Shown here: piece by piece, positions 44,826-58,234 of the stretch
How the letters are laid out: each line of letters opens with the position of its first letter
Position numbering within the stretch: position 1 is the stretch's first letter
Notes under the pieces: model-generated
The model's input: only the letters and a program-made list of their open reading frames with translations
The model's database searches: none
What the model was told of the DNA's origin: nothing
Source of the DNA: the human T2T-CHM13v2.0 reference genome, Homo sapiens
Length of the DNA: 64,000 nucleotides
Assembly: GCF_009914755.1 (NCBI RefSeq)
Contig: NC_060940.1
Strand: one strand, 5' to 3'
Translations under genes and position numbers: made by a program

Positions 44826-46511
44826 CTACTTTAATATCTAGTCCTTCCAACTATTGCTACAAACTGAGACATTAGTTACTAGGGCTGTTACAACAGTCAC
44901 CCCTATCTTTGTGAACTATTTCAAAAGAAACCCAATGGCCTTACCATATTGGTATTCCACAGAACACCTGCAAAGCTCTCAAGCAAACATGTGCCTCAGT
45001 CAATACTCATTAAGATGATTTTACACACAGGAACACCTAAATAACTAAATCAATCTATTGTGTAGAAGGAGAGGGCATCATGATGGAGAAACCAAGAAAA
45101 ATCAGGGGAGGAGTTAAAATGAGGATCATAATGTCTCTTAACTGACTCTCAAAGAAAAATTCTTCATGGCCTTATGCAGCATCATTTTAAAGATTCAGTG
45201 TCTGTTGGCAATTATTTTTCACATACATCAAATAAAATTAGTTGGTTGCTTTTCTAGTGCATAGCTGACTAGAAGATGTACATTTAGTGGGTAAAGCTTG
45301 AAGGGAAAAAAAGAGGGGCAGACCTAGCTCAGAAAGAAATTATGGGGGTTAGGAGAGTAGGTGAGAGTAGGTAAGATAATTTTTAAGAATGACTCAAAAA
45401 CTGTGCAGCAGGCTGGAGCACTTATGCAAAGAAGCAAAAGTCTACATATATTCAGAAGTTTCTAAAGAAATATATTCCTTTCCTGTATATTGGAGCAGGG
45501 TAAAAAATGGGAAATTAAAACAAGAATCCTAAATTATCAAAAATAAAATAAAATAAATATGTTCCAAATTTCCAAAGAAACATATTGCTTTCCTATACAT
45601 TGGAGAAGAGTGAAAAAATGGAAATTAAAAGGAGAATCCCAAATTACCACAAAAAAAGAATAAAATAAATATGTTCCAGATCCTCTAGTAAGAAAGTATA
45701 GAAGACTACAATATGTCTTTATCATATTCCTCCCCTCCATATCAATTCCAGTTTCTGTGATATTGGTTCTATTCTTTGTTACCTCTAATGCAAATCTGAA
45801 ATTTCACCATGACTTTTTGAAAACTCTTATCTTCTGTTCTTATCCCAACAGGCTCTCTTTGTATCTCTGCATCCACCTTAGTTTCTTGCCTCTCCTGTAC
45901 CACCCATGATTTTGTTTCAAACTGGCTGTTTTTGACATGCAAGTGGGAAGTCTTATATTTGGAAAATATAATTTCCAGAACTTTAATTTTTTCTTTAAAT
46001 CTCCAGAGCAATGGTTTGTTTTGTTTTGTTTTTCTATTAAGTACAGATTCCCATTTTGGTGCTATTGATTTGTGTATTTAACTCATTCAAAATTACAAGG
46101 AATAAAACTAAGCTCTGTGCTTTGTAAGAGCCAGGATAAATAGTGTCCCTAGTCATCACCCAGTTTCCCTGGAATACTGGTCACAGTTTTTCACCTGATG
46201 GGCTTGGGTTTAAGCTTCTCCTGCTCCAATGAATGGATTCTCTGCCATTTCTTTTCATGCAAGAAAATAATCCAGAATAAAACACCTTTTGCCATTACTT
46301 TTATTTCCGCATCTCTCTGGGTTATTATTTGCATGCCTTTGGAAGTAAGTAGTAATAAGGAAGTTAACTGAAACCCAAGCAATGAGCAGGGCTCTGGAAC
46401 TGTTGGGTTTCTCATGAATTTCTCACAGTGTTTGTGGATGGTTACCTGTTATTCTCATCAGCTGAAACTACGGGGACTTCGAGTTAAGGTTAGACGGTGA
46501 ACTTCTCAAAG

Positions 46512-46513
<2 letters not shown>

Positions 46514-46554
<41 letters not shown>
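46514..46554. repeat. (TG)~20 microsatellite
   Basis: Uninterrupted TG run. Confidence 0.97.
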
Positions 46555-46555
<1 letters not shown>

Positions 46556-47741
46556 ACACGAGAGAAAGATGGAGAGAGAGAGAATATGAAAATGTATATA
46601 TTCATGCACACGAACATATGCATGAGCACATGAAGCCCTATGCGGAAAAGAGAAAGAAACAGGGTGCTTGTTAAATGCAGAGACTGTTTTTCCTCTAGGT
46701 TTGCTAAGCTATATGGCCTGTCTGGTTTTGAGAACATGCTTCTCAATCCATTCCATCAACCTGGCAGCATAAGATCCTACACGCTTCTCTTAACTTTATG
46801 CTGTTTTCCTAGTTTGTCTTTTTGCATCTTCAAAGGCATATCAGTCATAAATAGTCTGTGGCATTACTAACTTATTCATATTTCACGTACCTGGAAGAAT
46901 GTATTAATTATAGAAAGTATCTGATTTTCAATAGCTTAAGAGAAACTTTCAATGAAATTGCCTGCCATATGAGACAGTACATTTTAATTTTCTTCTGTGG
47001 TTACTGGTCTGTTCAATTAATTAGTTGTTTTGCTTTGCATTGTTTTGAGTCCATTTCAATTATTTCTATTTCTCCCTTAGATAATTAACTTTATCAATGA
47101 TTTTGTCAATGTATTAACCTAGAGTTGGCCATTTTAAGTATATTATCTTCTTTATAAATTATCTGTATATCTGGAATTATTTGGTCTCTCTTATTTCTCA
47201 TTTTTCTTAAGGGTAAATGGTGATTCTGTATTTTTTTTTTTCATTAGATTACCAGAAGTTGATCTAGTTGATCTACTTTATTTACTTTTGAGACATGGGG
47301 AGGGTATTAGTTTGGACATAACTTCCTGGAATAATTTATCTATTCCATTTTCTAATTATTTTCTATTTCAATTTATTTCTGTTCTTATCTTCATAATTTG
47401 CATTTACCTAGTTCCCCACATTTGGAGTCTCAGTCTAGTATCTTAAATGGATTGAATAATTTAATGTTATTATTATTTCTTGTTTAATTAAGAATTGACT
47501 TACTGTTATGGGCTTGCCTAGGAATATAGCTTTGTCAGTATAACATAAGTTTATGATGAAATTTTCTTAGTTTATTTCTAAATAATCAGTAATTTAGAGC
47601 CTATTATTCTAATTATTTAGAAATTTTAATTTTCATTATTATTTGTTTTTACTTGGATTTTTAATTTGTATTTAATTGACATTAAATTTGAAGAGTTTGT
47701 CTTATAGTCTTTATTTTAAAAGATTTAAAACTTTATTGTGC

Positions 47742-48266
47742 TAATTTGCAATTGCAAAAATATGAAACCAACCTAAATGCCCATCAATCAATGAATGGAT
47801 AAAGAAAATGTGGTATATATACACCATGGAATACTACTCAGCCATAAAAAGGAATGAAATAATGGTATTTGCAGCAACTTAGGTGGAGTTGGAGACCATT
47901 CTTTTTTTTTTTTTTTTTTTAACTGGAGATCGTTATTCTACATGAAGTGACTCAGGAATGGAAAACCAAATGTTGTACATTCTCAATTATAAATAGAAGC
48001 TAAGCTATGAGAATGCAAACACATAAAAATTATGTACTGGATTTTGGGTACTAAGAGGGGAAGGGTAGGAGGGTCTGAGGGATAGAAGACTACACGTTGG
48101 GTACAGTATACACTGCTCGGGTGACCTGTATGCCAAAATCTCAGAAATCACCACTAAAGAACTTATCTATGTAACCAAAAACTACCTGTTCCCCAAAAGC
48201 TATTTGAAATAAAATAAAATAAAATAAAAATTTAAAAATAAAGTATATACTTAAAAGAAGAAAAAA
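47742..48266 (+). mobile_element. L1PB-type 3' fragment inside older L1M relics
   Basis: aaatgcccatcaatcaatgaatggataaagaaaatgtgg...ctcagaaatcaccactaaagaacttatc; TSD taaaactttattg(t/g)gct. Confidence 0.88.
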
Positions 48267-49025
48267 ATAAAACTTTATTGGGCTTATTTTTGTGGCCTAG
48301 AATAAGGGAAAAATTTTTATATCTTTCATGAAAGCTTAAAGAACATATTTTAAAATATTCATATTTTTATTAATTATTTTATTTAAATGTATGTATGATA
48401 CATTTATGTATTTTGGTCTATTTTAACTGCCAAGGGTAAGAGAGGTGTGTTACTTTCTCCCAAAGCAAACGTGTTTCTATAAATTTCCCACTTTATTTCT
48501 AACATTTTTAGTTTTATATATTTTGATGTTATGTTATTCAGCAAATAAATTTTCATGGCATTTTATCTTCACTGTGGATCGTAAAGTGGCACTCTTTGTC
48601 TCCTTTAATAGTATTTGGTCTGGAGTAAAATTTGTCTGAACTAACATTGCCAGCCCTGCTTTCATTTCCCCGTTAATATTTTTAACTAGTTTTTCAACTT
48701 TGTCTTTTCATTTTGTGTGGCATTTATGACATTGAGGTAGAGATGTAGTGTTGAACAGAATAAGAAAAGTTTGGCCTTTTTGATTGTTGGGAAATATCAT
48801 TAATTATACAGAATCTTTAAAAATTATCTGAAAAGTGCCCAGTGGAAACCTTTTGTTGGCAGACACTACAACATCTCTGTGTGGCTTCCTCGGGGAGGCA
48901 GAGGTGTGAATTGTCAGCCCCTGGCCTCATCTCACTCCTGGCTATGTGCCTTGGCTAAATCAAGCCTCTAGGCTAGAGAGTCAGTTTTGGTACTCAGAAT
49001 ACAAGTAAAACAAGACAGGTAAGTA

Positions 49026-49389
49026 TACTATGCAGCCATAAAAAATGATGAGTTCATGTCCTTTGTAGGGACATGGATGAAATAGGAAATCATCATTCTC
49101 AGTAAACTATCGCAAGAACAAAAAACCAAACACTGCATATTCTCACTCATAGGTGGGAATTGAACAACGAGATCACATGGACACAGGAAGGGGAATATCA
49201 CACTCTGGGGACTGTTGTGGGGTGGGGGGAGGGGGGAGGGATAGCATTGGGAGATATACCTAATGCTAGATGACGAGTTAGTGGGTGCAGCGCACCAGCA
49301 TGGCACATATATACATATGTAACTAATATGTAACTAATCTGCACATTGTGCACATGTACCCTAAAACTTAAAGTATAATAAAAAAAAAG
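49026..49389 (+). mobile_element. Young L1 (L1PA2-like) 3' fragment
   Basis: Near-consensus L1 3' UTR gagatcacatggacacaggaaggggaatatcacactctgggg...gctagatgacgagttagtggg. It carries GAG rather than the L1HS-Ta ACA diagnostic; poly-A tail present. Confidence 0.92.
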
Positions 49390-49669
49390 ATGTAACTACT
49401 AGGTAAAATCTAGATGTTTACAGTAGCGATATTATCAGGTACTTTTCCATGTGTACCTGATAGATACCCACTGCCATTTTCTCCTGTACTCTCAAAATAA
49501 CAGTAGAGTGATATCAGAGTTGTGTTGTACGGGGAATAAAATTGCAGAAAACTGGAGAAACTCATATTATAGATTTTAGGTGTTATCCTCTCTGCCAAGG
49601 CAGGCTTAGACAGGGACCTTGTCTACAGTGCCATGGGAGGTGTCAGGCATCAATGTTATACGTGAAGAG

Positions 49670-49830
49670 ATCTGCTCTAAGCTCTTTGCATGTACTTAAA
49701 ATCTCTGCACCTCAATGTCCTCATCTGTAAAATAAGACTACATGAAGCAATAGAGTGTGCATAAAGTGCTTAGAGCAAATCTCTTGGTATGCAGTAGCTG
49801 CAGGCAGGGGTTAGCTAACATTATTACTGA
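49670..49830 (+). mobile_element. MIR relic
   Basis: ctctgcacctcaatgtcctcatctgtaaaataag...taaagtgcttagagca. Confidence 0.65.
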
Positions 49831-51704
49831 CTTGACCATCTTGTTTCATATCTGCTTTGTATACTGATTTGCTATTTCTTCTCTTATTTTGTTTATTTAT
49901 TATTTGTATTTATTATTTTGGTCTGCATTTTGCTTTTGCTTATTTTTTCCCAGTAGTTGGGAAGGAATCTTTTCAAAATTTTACTTTGACTTCATTTTAC
50001 ATCTTTGAATCGTTTTTTCTCTGGTTTTCAAGATTTGATGTCAACTCTCCTCCCCTTTATAAGATGAGCAATTTATTGTGTTTATGTTTTTCATGCCTCT
50101 CTCTAAACCCATTCTCTATTCTATTAGCACTGCATAATTGAGAACTATCTCTTGAGAATTATATTGACATTTGCATTCAAATTGGAAGGGTATTTACAGT
50201 TTTTGACTTAAGATCAATTGTTTTCTCAAAATCACTTTTAATACCATGGTTTCCCCCATTCTTGAGTCATTCATCCCAGTCACTCCTAGTAGTATGTAGA
50301 CCACATTCAAGTTCTTTCTCCCACAAATAAGAGTTTAAGTATTTTTTTGTTTTATTTTGTTTTCGTGTCCTTTATTTGCTTTTTTTTTTTTTAACCTTTA
50401 CCCACAAGTGGCCATTTTGCTGATGACAATGTTCTTGGGTTGCACACTTTTCCCTGAAAATACTGTACAAGTTGCCCCATTTTCTGGCATTTACTACTTT
50501 CTTCTAGGTGTGAATCCTTTTTTCCTTATCTTTTCTTAAAATACGGTAGGAATTTTTGATCTCCATATTTAGATCTTTTCAGCTTCAGAAAATTGTATCT
50601 AATTATACCCTTGATGATTGTTTTCTTTCACTCGCTGTCTTTTAATCTTTAGAAACATCTACAATTTATGTGTATTGTATCAGTTCTCCATCTCCCTGTT
50701 CCTTTTATCATCTTTTATTTTGTATTCCTCTGATGTCTGATGCTCAATAAATATTTCTTTTAGTACGACAGAAAAGAATGAAGGAGAGAAAGAAGAAAGG
50801 AAGGAAGGAAGGAAGGAAGGAAGGCAGGAATCTGGGGACATGTTTTCAAGTTTATCCTACTCAGCTTTGATTTAACTTTCTGATCATTTCTGTCTTAACT
50901 ATGGACAGTTAGCGTTTTGCCTCCTATGGCCGAATGGTAAGTTTCGTGCAACCTTTTCTTGTACCAGGCAGCTCCATTTATTTTTTTATATCCATCTGTG
51001 CTGTGGTTGTTGTTTTCAAAATGGTTTTTAAACAGTGCTTTAGGGCCTCAACTTTTGGTATCTTACCAAGCATTCTACATGCTCTTCCCACACCCAATGT
51101 ATACAATAAATCATTTTCAGTGTAATGTTCTTTTTATTTTTGTTCTATAGTATTTCCCAGTCACCCCCATTGACTTCTATTTTTTGATAGACACTCCCAG
51201 GTGATAACACATGAAATTGTTGTAACAGATGCCTCTACTCAGGCACTGCTAGAGCAAGGTGGGAATCATCTCCTAATCTATCTGTTTGGTTCTCTGACAC
51301 TTTAAACCAATGACTCAATGTTAACATAGAAATAGCCTTTGTTGCATGCACTGTTTCCAGGGACCTTCCTGTCCCATCCCCAACACAGCCCTCTCCCTGT
51401 TATGAGTTCTGGCCTTGGAGATACAGGGGGTTCTCCCCACCCTCACTGCATGCTTTTATTTCCTATCAGTGGATGTCAGTGAGATAGAACAAGACGCAGG
51501 AGTCAACTGCCCTTTCAAGAACAAGAGATGCTTTAAATAAATAACTAACTACTTTTATGATTGGTATAAAACCCAAGTCTCTGGGACAGATGGAGACAGT
51601 GTGACAGTGTATGTGTGTGCATGTATGGGTATGAGATGAAGAGAGGAACACATTTTCATCCTACATTCTCTCATGGGTGAAAAATATTGTTCTGTCGTCT
51701 ATTG

Positions 51705-52003
51705 TTTTTCTTTTTTCTTTCTTTCTTCCTTTTTTTTTGAGATGGGATTTCACTCTAACTCAGACTGGAGTGCAGTAGCACAATCACAACTCACTGCAGC
51801 CTCAACCTCCCAGGTTCAAGCCTCTTCCCAAGTAGCTGGGACTACAGGTGCACACCACCACACACAGCTATTTTTTTAAATTATTTTTCTAGAGATGGGG
51901 TTCTCACCATGCTGTCCAGGCTGGTCTCAAACTCCTGTGCTCTTCCTCCTGCCTTGGCCTCCCAAAGTGCTGGGATTATAGGCATAAGCCACCTCGCCTA
52001 GAC
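51705..52003 (-). mobile_element. Alu (J-like) with deletions
   Basis: ctcactgcagcctcaacctcc diagnostic; degenerate reverse Alu. Confidence 0.88.
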
Positions 52004-52010
52004 ACCACTG

Positions 52011-52717
52011 CCTCTTCCTCCTCCTCTTCCTCCTCCTTTTTCTCCTCCTCCTCTTCCTGCTGCTCTTCTTCTTCTCCTCCTCCTCCTCTTCTTCTTCTTC
52101 CTTCTCTTCTTCTTCTTCTCCTCCTCCTCCTCTTCTTCCTTCTCTTCTTCTTCTCCTCCTCCTCCTCTTCTTCTTCTTCCTTCTCTTCTTCTTCTTCTCC
52201 TCCTCCTCTTCTTCTTCTTCCTTCTCTTCTTCTCCTCCTCTTCTTCTTCCTTCTCTTCTTCTTCTCCTCCTCCTCCTCTTCTTCTTCTTCCTTCTCTTCT
52301 TCTCCTCCTCCTCTTCTTCTTCTTCCTTCTCTTCTTCTTCTTCTCCTCCTCCTCCTCTTCTTCTTCTTCCTTCTCTTCTTCTTCTCCTCCTCTTCTTCTT
52401 CCTTCTCTTCTTCTTCTCCTCCTCCTCCTCTTCTTCTTCTTCCTGCTCTTCTTCTTCTCCTCCTCCTCTTCTTCTTCTTCCTTCTCTTCTTTTTCTTCTC
52501 CTCCTCCTCCTCTTCTTCTTCCTTCTCTTCTTCTTCTCCTCCTCCTCCTCCTCTTCTTCTTCCTTCTCTTCTTCTTCTTCTCCTCCTCCTCTTCTTCTTC
52601 TTCCTTCTCTTCTTCTTCTCCTCCTCCTCCTCCTCTTCTTCTTCTTCCTTCTCTTCTTCTTCTCCTCCTCCTCCTCCTCCTCTTCTTCTTTCTTTCTTCT
52701 TCCTCTTCCTCTTCTTT
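52011..52717. repeat. Polypyrimidine (CCT)n/(CTT)n higher-order tandem repeat
   Basis: About 700 bp of C/T with only three G residues seen (52059, 52062, 52445); recurring (CCT)n(CTT)n-CCTTCT-(CTT)n-CT units. Confidence 0.97.
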
Positions 52718-54633
52718 GGAAAAGGAGTGGAATTTGTAGTTCTGCTGCTAAGACATTACTTTTTACTTTTATTCTTTGTTAACTTCCCATTTTGAAAAAT
52801 AATCACTTCTTCCTAAAAACCCTTCACAGCACCACACCCAAAGGCAATCAAAGAAACATTCCAACAATTCAAGGGGACAGAAATAAGAATGAACAGCTCA
52901 CAGCAAACCAGAGAGGTGCGGTGGAACATGTTGGGGGAAAGCAGAATGCCCTTTAAACATGCCTTATAACAACTCAATCATTCACATTTTTAAAATTAAA
53001 CAATTTCTAGGAACAGAAACCTAGAAAATCCTGCAGCTCACAATCATGGGCCTGACCCATGGAATTGTTATCTTGGGCAAATCTATATGCATCCAGAATT
53101 GTATAGAAAGAACTTGGTTGACAAAAAAATAAAAAAACACCCATCTAAGTAAAAACAAACAAACAATCCTCTATAAGCTGAACATTTTACTATGTCCAAG
53201 TTAGTAAAAAGTGGAGGCTCTCATTATAGTTCTGCTTTGTAATATTCAAAGGTTACATAAATTATGGGTAAGCCAACTGTTTAAAAAAATCTCTATAAAG
53301 TTGTCATTTAAGATTACATTCAACCATACTAACCCCATCTTTTGATTACCTTCATTAAATCCCAAATTAGATCCTACCTTTCACTCACAGCTCACATGCC
53401 ACCTGTTCTGTAATTACAGATAACCGAATCAAGCCTAAACCAATGGGATTCTGAGACCCAACAAGGCCAGAGTAGATAAAAGACCTACCACCCACCTCAC
53501 AGAAGAGGCCTCTTTGCGTACGCATTCTGGGATGAGAGTGCTAAATTTTAAACATTATTAGACATAATTAGGAGTGCCTTTTTATTTTTTAAACATATTA
53601 ATATGAGCTTTATAACATATAACATTTTGCATCTGTTTTTTCACTTAATGTGATATAACTTGCAAATATCTCCATATTACATGGCCATGATAAGCCATCA
53701 TTTAAATAGCTGTATGATACCTCACACAATGCATACACCATCATCTATTTCTTCCATCACCGGAGATCTAGAATGAGAAAGTTACTTTGCAAAATCCCAA
53801 GGTGAAATATTTCTCTGGAAAAGTTTAATGATTCAGGCCCAGGGTTTAGACTTTTTGATAACGCATAAAGACAGATGTTTCCCATTGAGAAAGGAAATGT
53901 GCCATTCAGAGTTCTGTTTCTTGTTGCTCTTCTTGTTTTTGTTTTTAGCACAACTAACCAACTTTCTGTTCTTCTGTTTATATAAAGTAGTTACTTATAA
54001 ACTATAGCTACTTAGTTATATAGGCAGCTACTTTATATAAAGATGCCAGGGATTGAGTACCACTTCAGAAAGGAGTGGGGAATAATAAAAACTATGAGCC
54101 CAGTCAAGCATGCTTTTCCTGTTACTAGTTGTTGCACGTTTTGATTCCTAACTCATAGTAAGAATGCTTTTTGGTCCTAGGAGTTGGCTGGAGAGATTGA
54201 GGACATTTGGGATAGAAGAGGAAGGCTCTAACCAGAGACCACTAGGTCTCCTCTTTCCAAAACAACAATAAATGATGATTATTCTCAATCATATATGATT
54301 TATGTGAAGTTTGGCAATTTCTGGGAAAAAATCAATAAAGAAAAAAGATGTGCAGCCATGTGAAATACCTCTGGTTAGGCTTTTTTAGAATGACTAAATT
54401 CAAGATACAGATGTGAGTATGTGTGACTGTGTGTGCACGACAGAGATGGAGGGGAAGAAAGGAGACAGGAAGAGAAAGAGAGTGGAGAAGAGAGGAAGAA
54501 AGAGAGAAAGAGAGAGACAGACAGAGGTAGAAAGAGAGACAGGGAAACAGAAAGAAAGAGAGAAAGAGAGAACACAATATGGTGTGTTCTGTAGTTCCAT
54601 GCAAGGGAGGAGGTGCTGGCAGTGAGAACCACC

Positions 54634-54726
54634 TGCTCTGACAAGGAGTATTTCAATCACTGACATCGTTGTAAAAAATCACTGTGCTCTGACAAGGAGT
54701 ATTTCATCACTGACATCATTGTAAAA
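54634..54726. repeat. Direct tandem duplication (~43 bp, two copies)
   Basis: tgctctgacaaggagtatttca(a)tcactgacatc(g/a)ttgtaaaa at 54634 and 54685. Confidence 0.95.
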
Positions 54727-55208
54727 GTCAGTTGTGTTATTACTTTCACCTTCTCTGTAGACAACACACCCACTATGGCCTTCATTCAGGACAGACCACT
54801 TCCATTTATCCAACTCTCGTATGCCACTGGCTCCCACATATAGTACCTGATCCCTACAAAACAAAATCAGCTGGGGTAGTTGTTACTAACGCCATTGTAA
54901 GAAGGAGGAACATGAGACAGAATTTAAATGACTTGCCCTTAGCCATACAGCTAATGAGAGGTCAAGTCAGGATTTGAACTCAGAACATACTAATTCAAAA
55001 GCGTATATTCTGCCAAATATGCTAGCTCCATAAAGATGGCAATAGAGCTTTTATTCGAAGAGAAAAAGAGGAGAAGCAAGAAGAATCAGAGGTTATATAT
55101 ATATAGGGAAAACTACAGAGCGGCTGCTTTTACGTTTTTTGTTCTGAGATCTTTCCCTTCATATCTCATTATGCATTTATTTTATATTATGTTATTTTGG
55201 CTACCATC

Positions 55209-55594
55209 TGTTATGAGCTGAGTTGTGTCCTCCCAAAATTCCTATGCTGAAGCCCTAACCCCCAGTACCTCAGAGGATAACTGTATTTGGAGATAAGGCC
55301 TTTAAAGAGGTAATTAAGGTAAAATGAGGCCATATGGCTGGGCCCTAATCCAATGTGACTGATGTTTCTATAAGAAGAGGAAATTTGGACACGGATAGTG
55401 CAGAAGGAAGACCATGTGAGGACACAGGGAGAAGGAAGCCATCTACACGCCAAGGGGAGAGGCCTCAGAAGAAACAGCGCTGCCGATGCCTTGATCTCAA
55501 ACTTCCTGCCTCCAGTACTTTGAGAAAATAAATCTGTTGTTTAAGCCACCCAGTCTGTGGTATTTTGTTGTTGCAGCCCTAAGAAACTCATCCA
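55209..55594 (+). mobile_element. MLT1B/C MaLR solo LTR
   Basis: tgttatgagctgagttgtgtcctcccaaaattc...gtatttggagataaggcctttaaagagg...tttaagccacccagtctgtggtattttgtt. Confidence 0.9.
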
Positions 55595-55688
55595 CCAACA
55601 TTAGACTTACACAGGGCTGCACTTCTTGGGGTCTGCCCCACACTGAGACCCTTCAAAATCACTCATCCAGGGTAACCCATTAGTTGTT

Positions 55689-56011
<323 letters not shown>

Positions 56012-56959
56012 TAGCTGTTCTTTTAGTGCCGCAAGAGCAGGTCAACAGGGCCAAGCCCAGGATGTTATCTGTACCCAAGGCAGACATTGGGCTGGCCCCA
56101 AATCGACACTCCTCTAAGGGCTCCACCCCACCTTTCTCTTTTGTCTTTGTCAAGTGGATATTCGCCATAAATTTGTAGTAAAACATACACTGGCTGCCGT
56201 TGGCAGAGATGAGCTCTCAGTTTGGGAGCTACTGAATCAGGTCCTTAACCAAATATGAAATGACAGAACTGTTTCCAGCGGAGGATTAATTGAGCCAACT
56301 CAAGGCAAACATGACGTATTTTGGCATTGCTTTTGACAGATGGAAATAAAACAAACATTAGCAACCGGATTGCAGCTAACAATATGCAAAATTAAAGAAG
56401 GTACCTTTTTAACTTTGTCTGGGAGCCCACTGGCTTTTCTTATAAAATCTGCAGCAGGAAAAAAAGACAGAGCTGTTAATCTCGTTATCCAACCAGTTAG
56501 CACATGCAAACAAGGGGAATTAAAAGTCTTTGCATTCAGGGGAGGAAACAGATATTTGACACATGTATTTATTAAGGAGACTGGACTGGAAAATAGCACT
56601 GCTGTATTAATCAGAAATGGTCTAGAAAATACTTAAATAATACAACAGAATGTGCACAGACAGCATAAGCTGCTTACAAATGGAAGCCTGAGGTCTGAGT
56701 ATTTTTATTTAAAGGTTAAATTTTCAATTAATTTTGTTTTCAGCTTGCTGCCATCCTTTCAAAGCATCACTGTTAATTGCTATAAAACAGTGTCTCCCCC
56801 TGTTTGAATTCTGGACATGAAGACCTGAAGCTGTCAGCCATCTAATGGACATCAGGGTATTGGAGCAGAAATCAAAATTACTGTGTAAAAGCTGAACCAA
56901 AATGTCAGACTCTGAGAAGCCAGCGGATCAGTTAAATGTCCCTTTTTTCATGTGTTGAG

Positions 56960-57370
56960 TGTCTTAATCTGGATGTGCCACTGTAACAAAATACCCCAAG
57001 ACTGGGTAATTTATAATAATTTAAAAGGACTGATTTCTAACACAATAATAATAGAAAAAAATGGAATAATAGAAATGTCTTATTTATTTCTATGACTAAG
57101 TTGAAGATCAAGGTGCTGGCAGGTTCCATGTCTGGTGAGGACCAGGACTCTGCTTCCAAGATGGGGCCTTAAGCACCATGTCCTCATGTGACAGAGGAAA
57201 TAGAAGAAGATGAACCCACTCCTTCAGTCTCCTTTATAAGGGCCCTAATCCTATCTCAGAGTTCTGCTCTCATGATTTCACTGCCTCCTAAAGGCCCCCC
57301 TCTCAATGCTACCACACTGGCAGTTGAGTTTCCACATACAAAATTTTGGGGACACACTCAGACCATAGTG
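56960..57370 (-). mobile_element. MSTC/MLT1A-type MaLR LTR
   Basis: aacaaaataccccaagactgggtaatttataa...aagatcaaggtgctggcagg...ttttggggacacactcagaccatag. Confidence 0.8.
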
Positions 57371-57754
57371 CTCGGTTTCTCAGAAGTAAGTTCCAGCCCA
57401 TCATGGGAAAGTGCAAATAGATACATTCTATTATTAGAGTTTCCAGATAGCCCAACTTCAGCGGGCTTGTGGCAGGCCAGCGTCTATATGCATACTTACT
57501 CAGTGGGTCGGCAGAGGAGAAGAAACCCATCGCCTCCTTTACAATAGAACTGTATACCTGGGAAACCATGTCCCTGGCTGTGAGTGAGCTTATCAACTTC
57601 TGCTGGGTTAACTGGCATTTCAGAACTCCCTCTTCTCAGCTAACATCCTCATTGTCTGGGATCATAGGAAACAAAATTGAGAAAGAATTGTGTCACTAAG
57701 AATTGGGATTGGAAATAGGGTTAAGTCTTGAGTGGATGATAGAATTTTATAAAA

Positions 57755-57855
57755 TAGTCACTATTTGAGTGATGAGTACTTAAAGCTCAAACTCCACCAT
57801 TGTGCAATATATCCATGTAACCTGCATGTGTGCTTCTGAATCTAAAATAAATTGT
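57755..57855 (+). mobile_element. Short L1PB/L1MA 3' tip
   Basis: cactatttgagtgatgagtac...accattgtgcaatatatccatgtaac...tgaatctaaaataaa. Confidence 0.6.
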
Positions 57856-58234
57856 TTTACAAAGAAGGTTTGGGGTTTAAATACATTTACATATGTTTTG
57901 GCTGGAAGACATATGTTTTTTGAGAGTCAGAATTAAGTGTGAGGATGATTTTAAATTGAGAATAAAGGAGAATGATGGCATTGAGGATAAAATATAGCAT
58001 TATTTAAAATAGCCCAGTATCATAGAAAGAACATGGATTTTTTTTAATAAGGCAAATCTACTTTTGCAATTCTGTGCCATCTCTTAATACTTATGTAACC
58101 ACGTGCCAGTCACCAAAACTCTCAGTCTCAGTTTCTTCATCTGCAAGATGGGAATAATAGTGTCTACTCTGTGCTTTCTGAACATTTTTACATTTATCCA
58201 GGAAAAATAGACAGATGATAAATTAGATCAGTCC

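Noticed and set aside
49028-49306. 92-aa ORF resembling database 'hypothetical' primate proteins
   Set aside because: Antisense translation of the L1 3' UTR/ORF2 end.
50799-50822. (GGAA)6 microsatellite as an ETS-fusion response element
   Set aside because: Short, common array with no supporting context.
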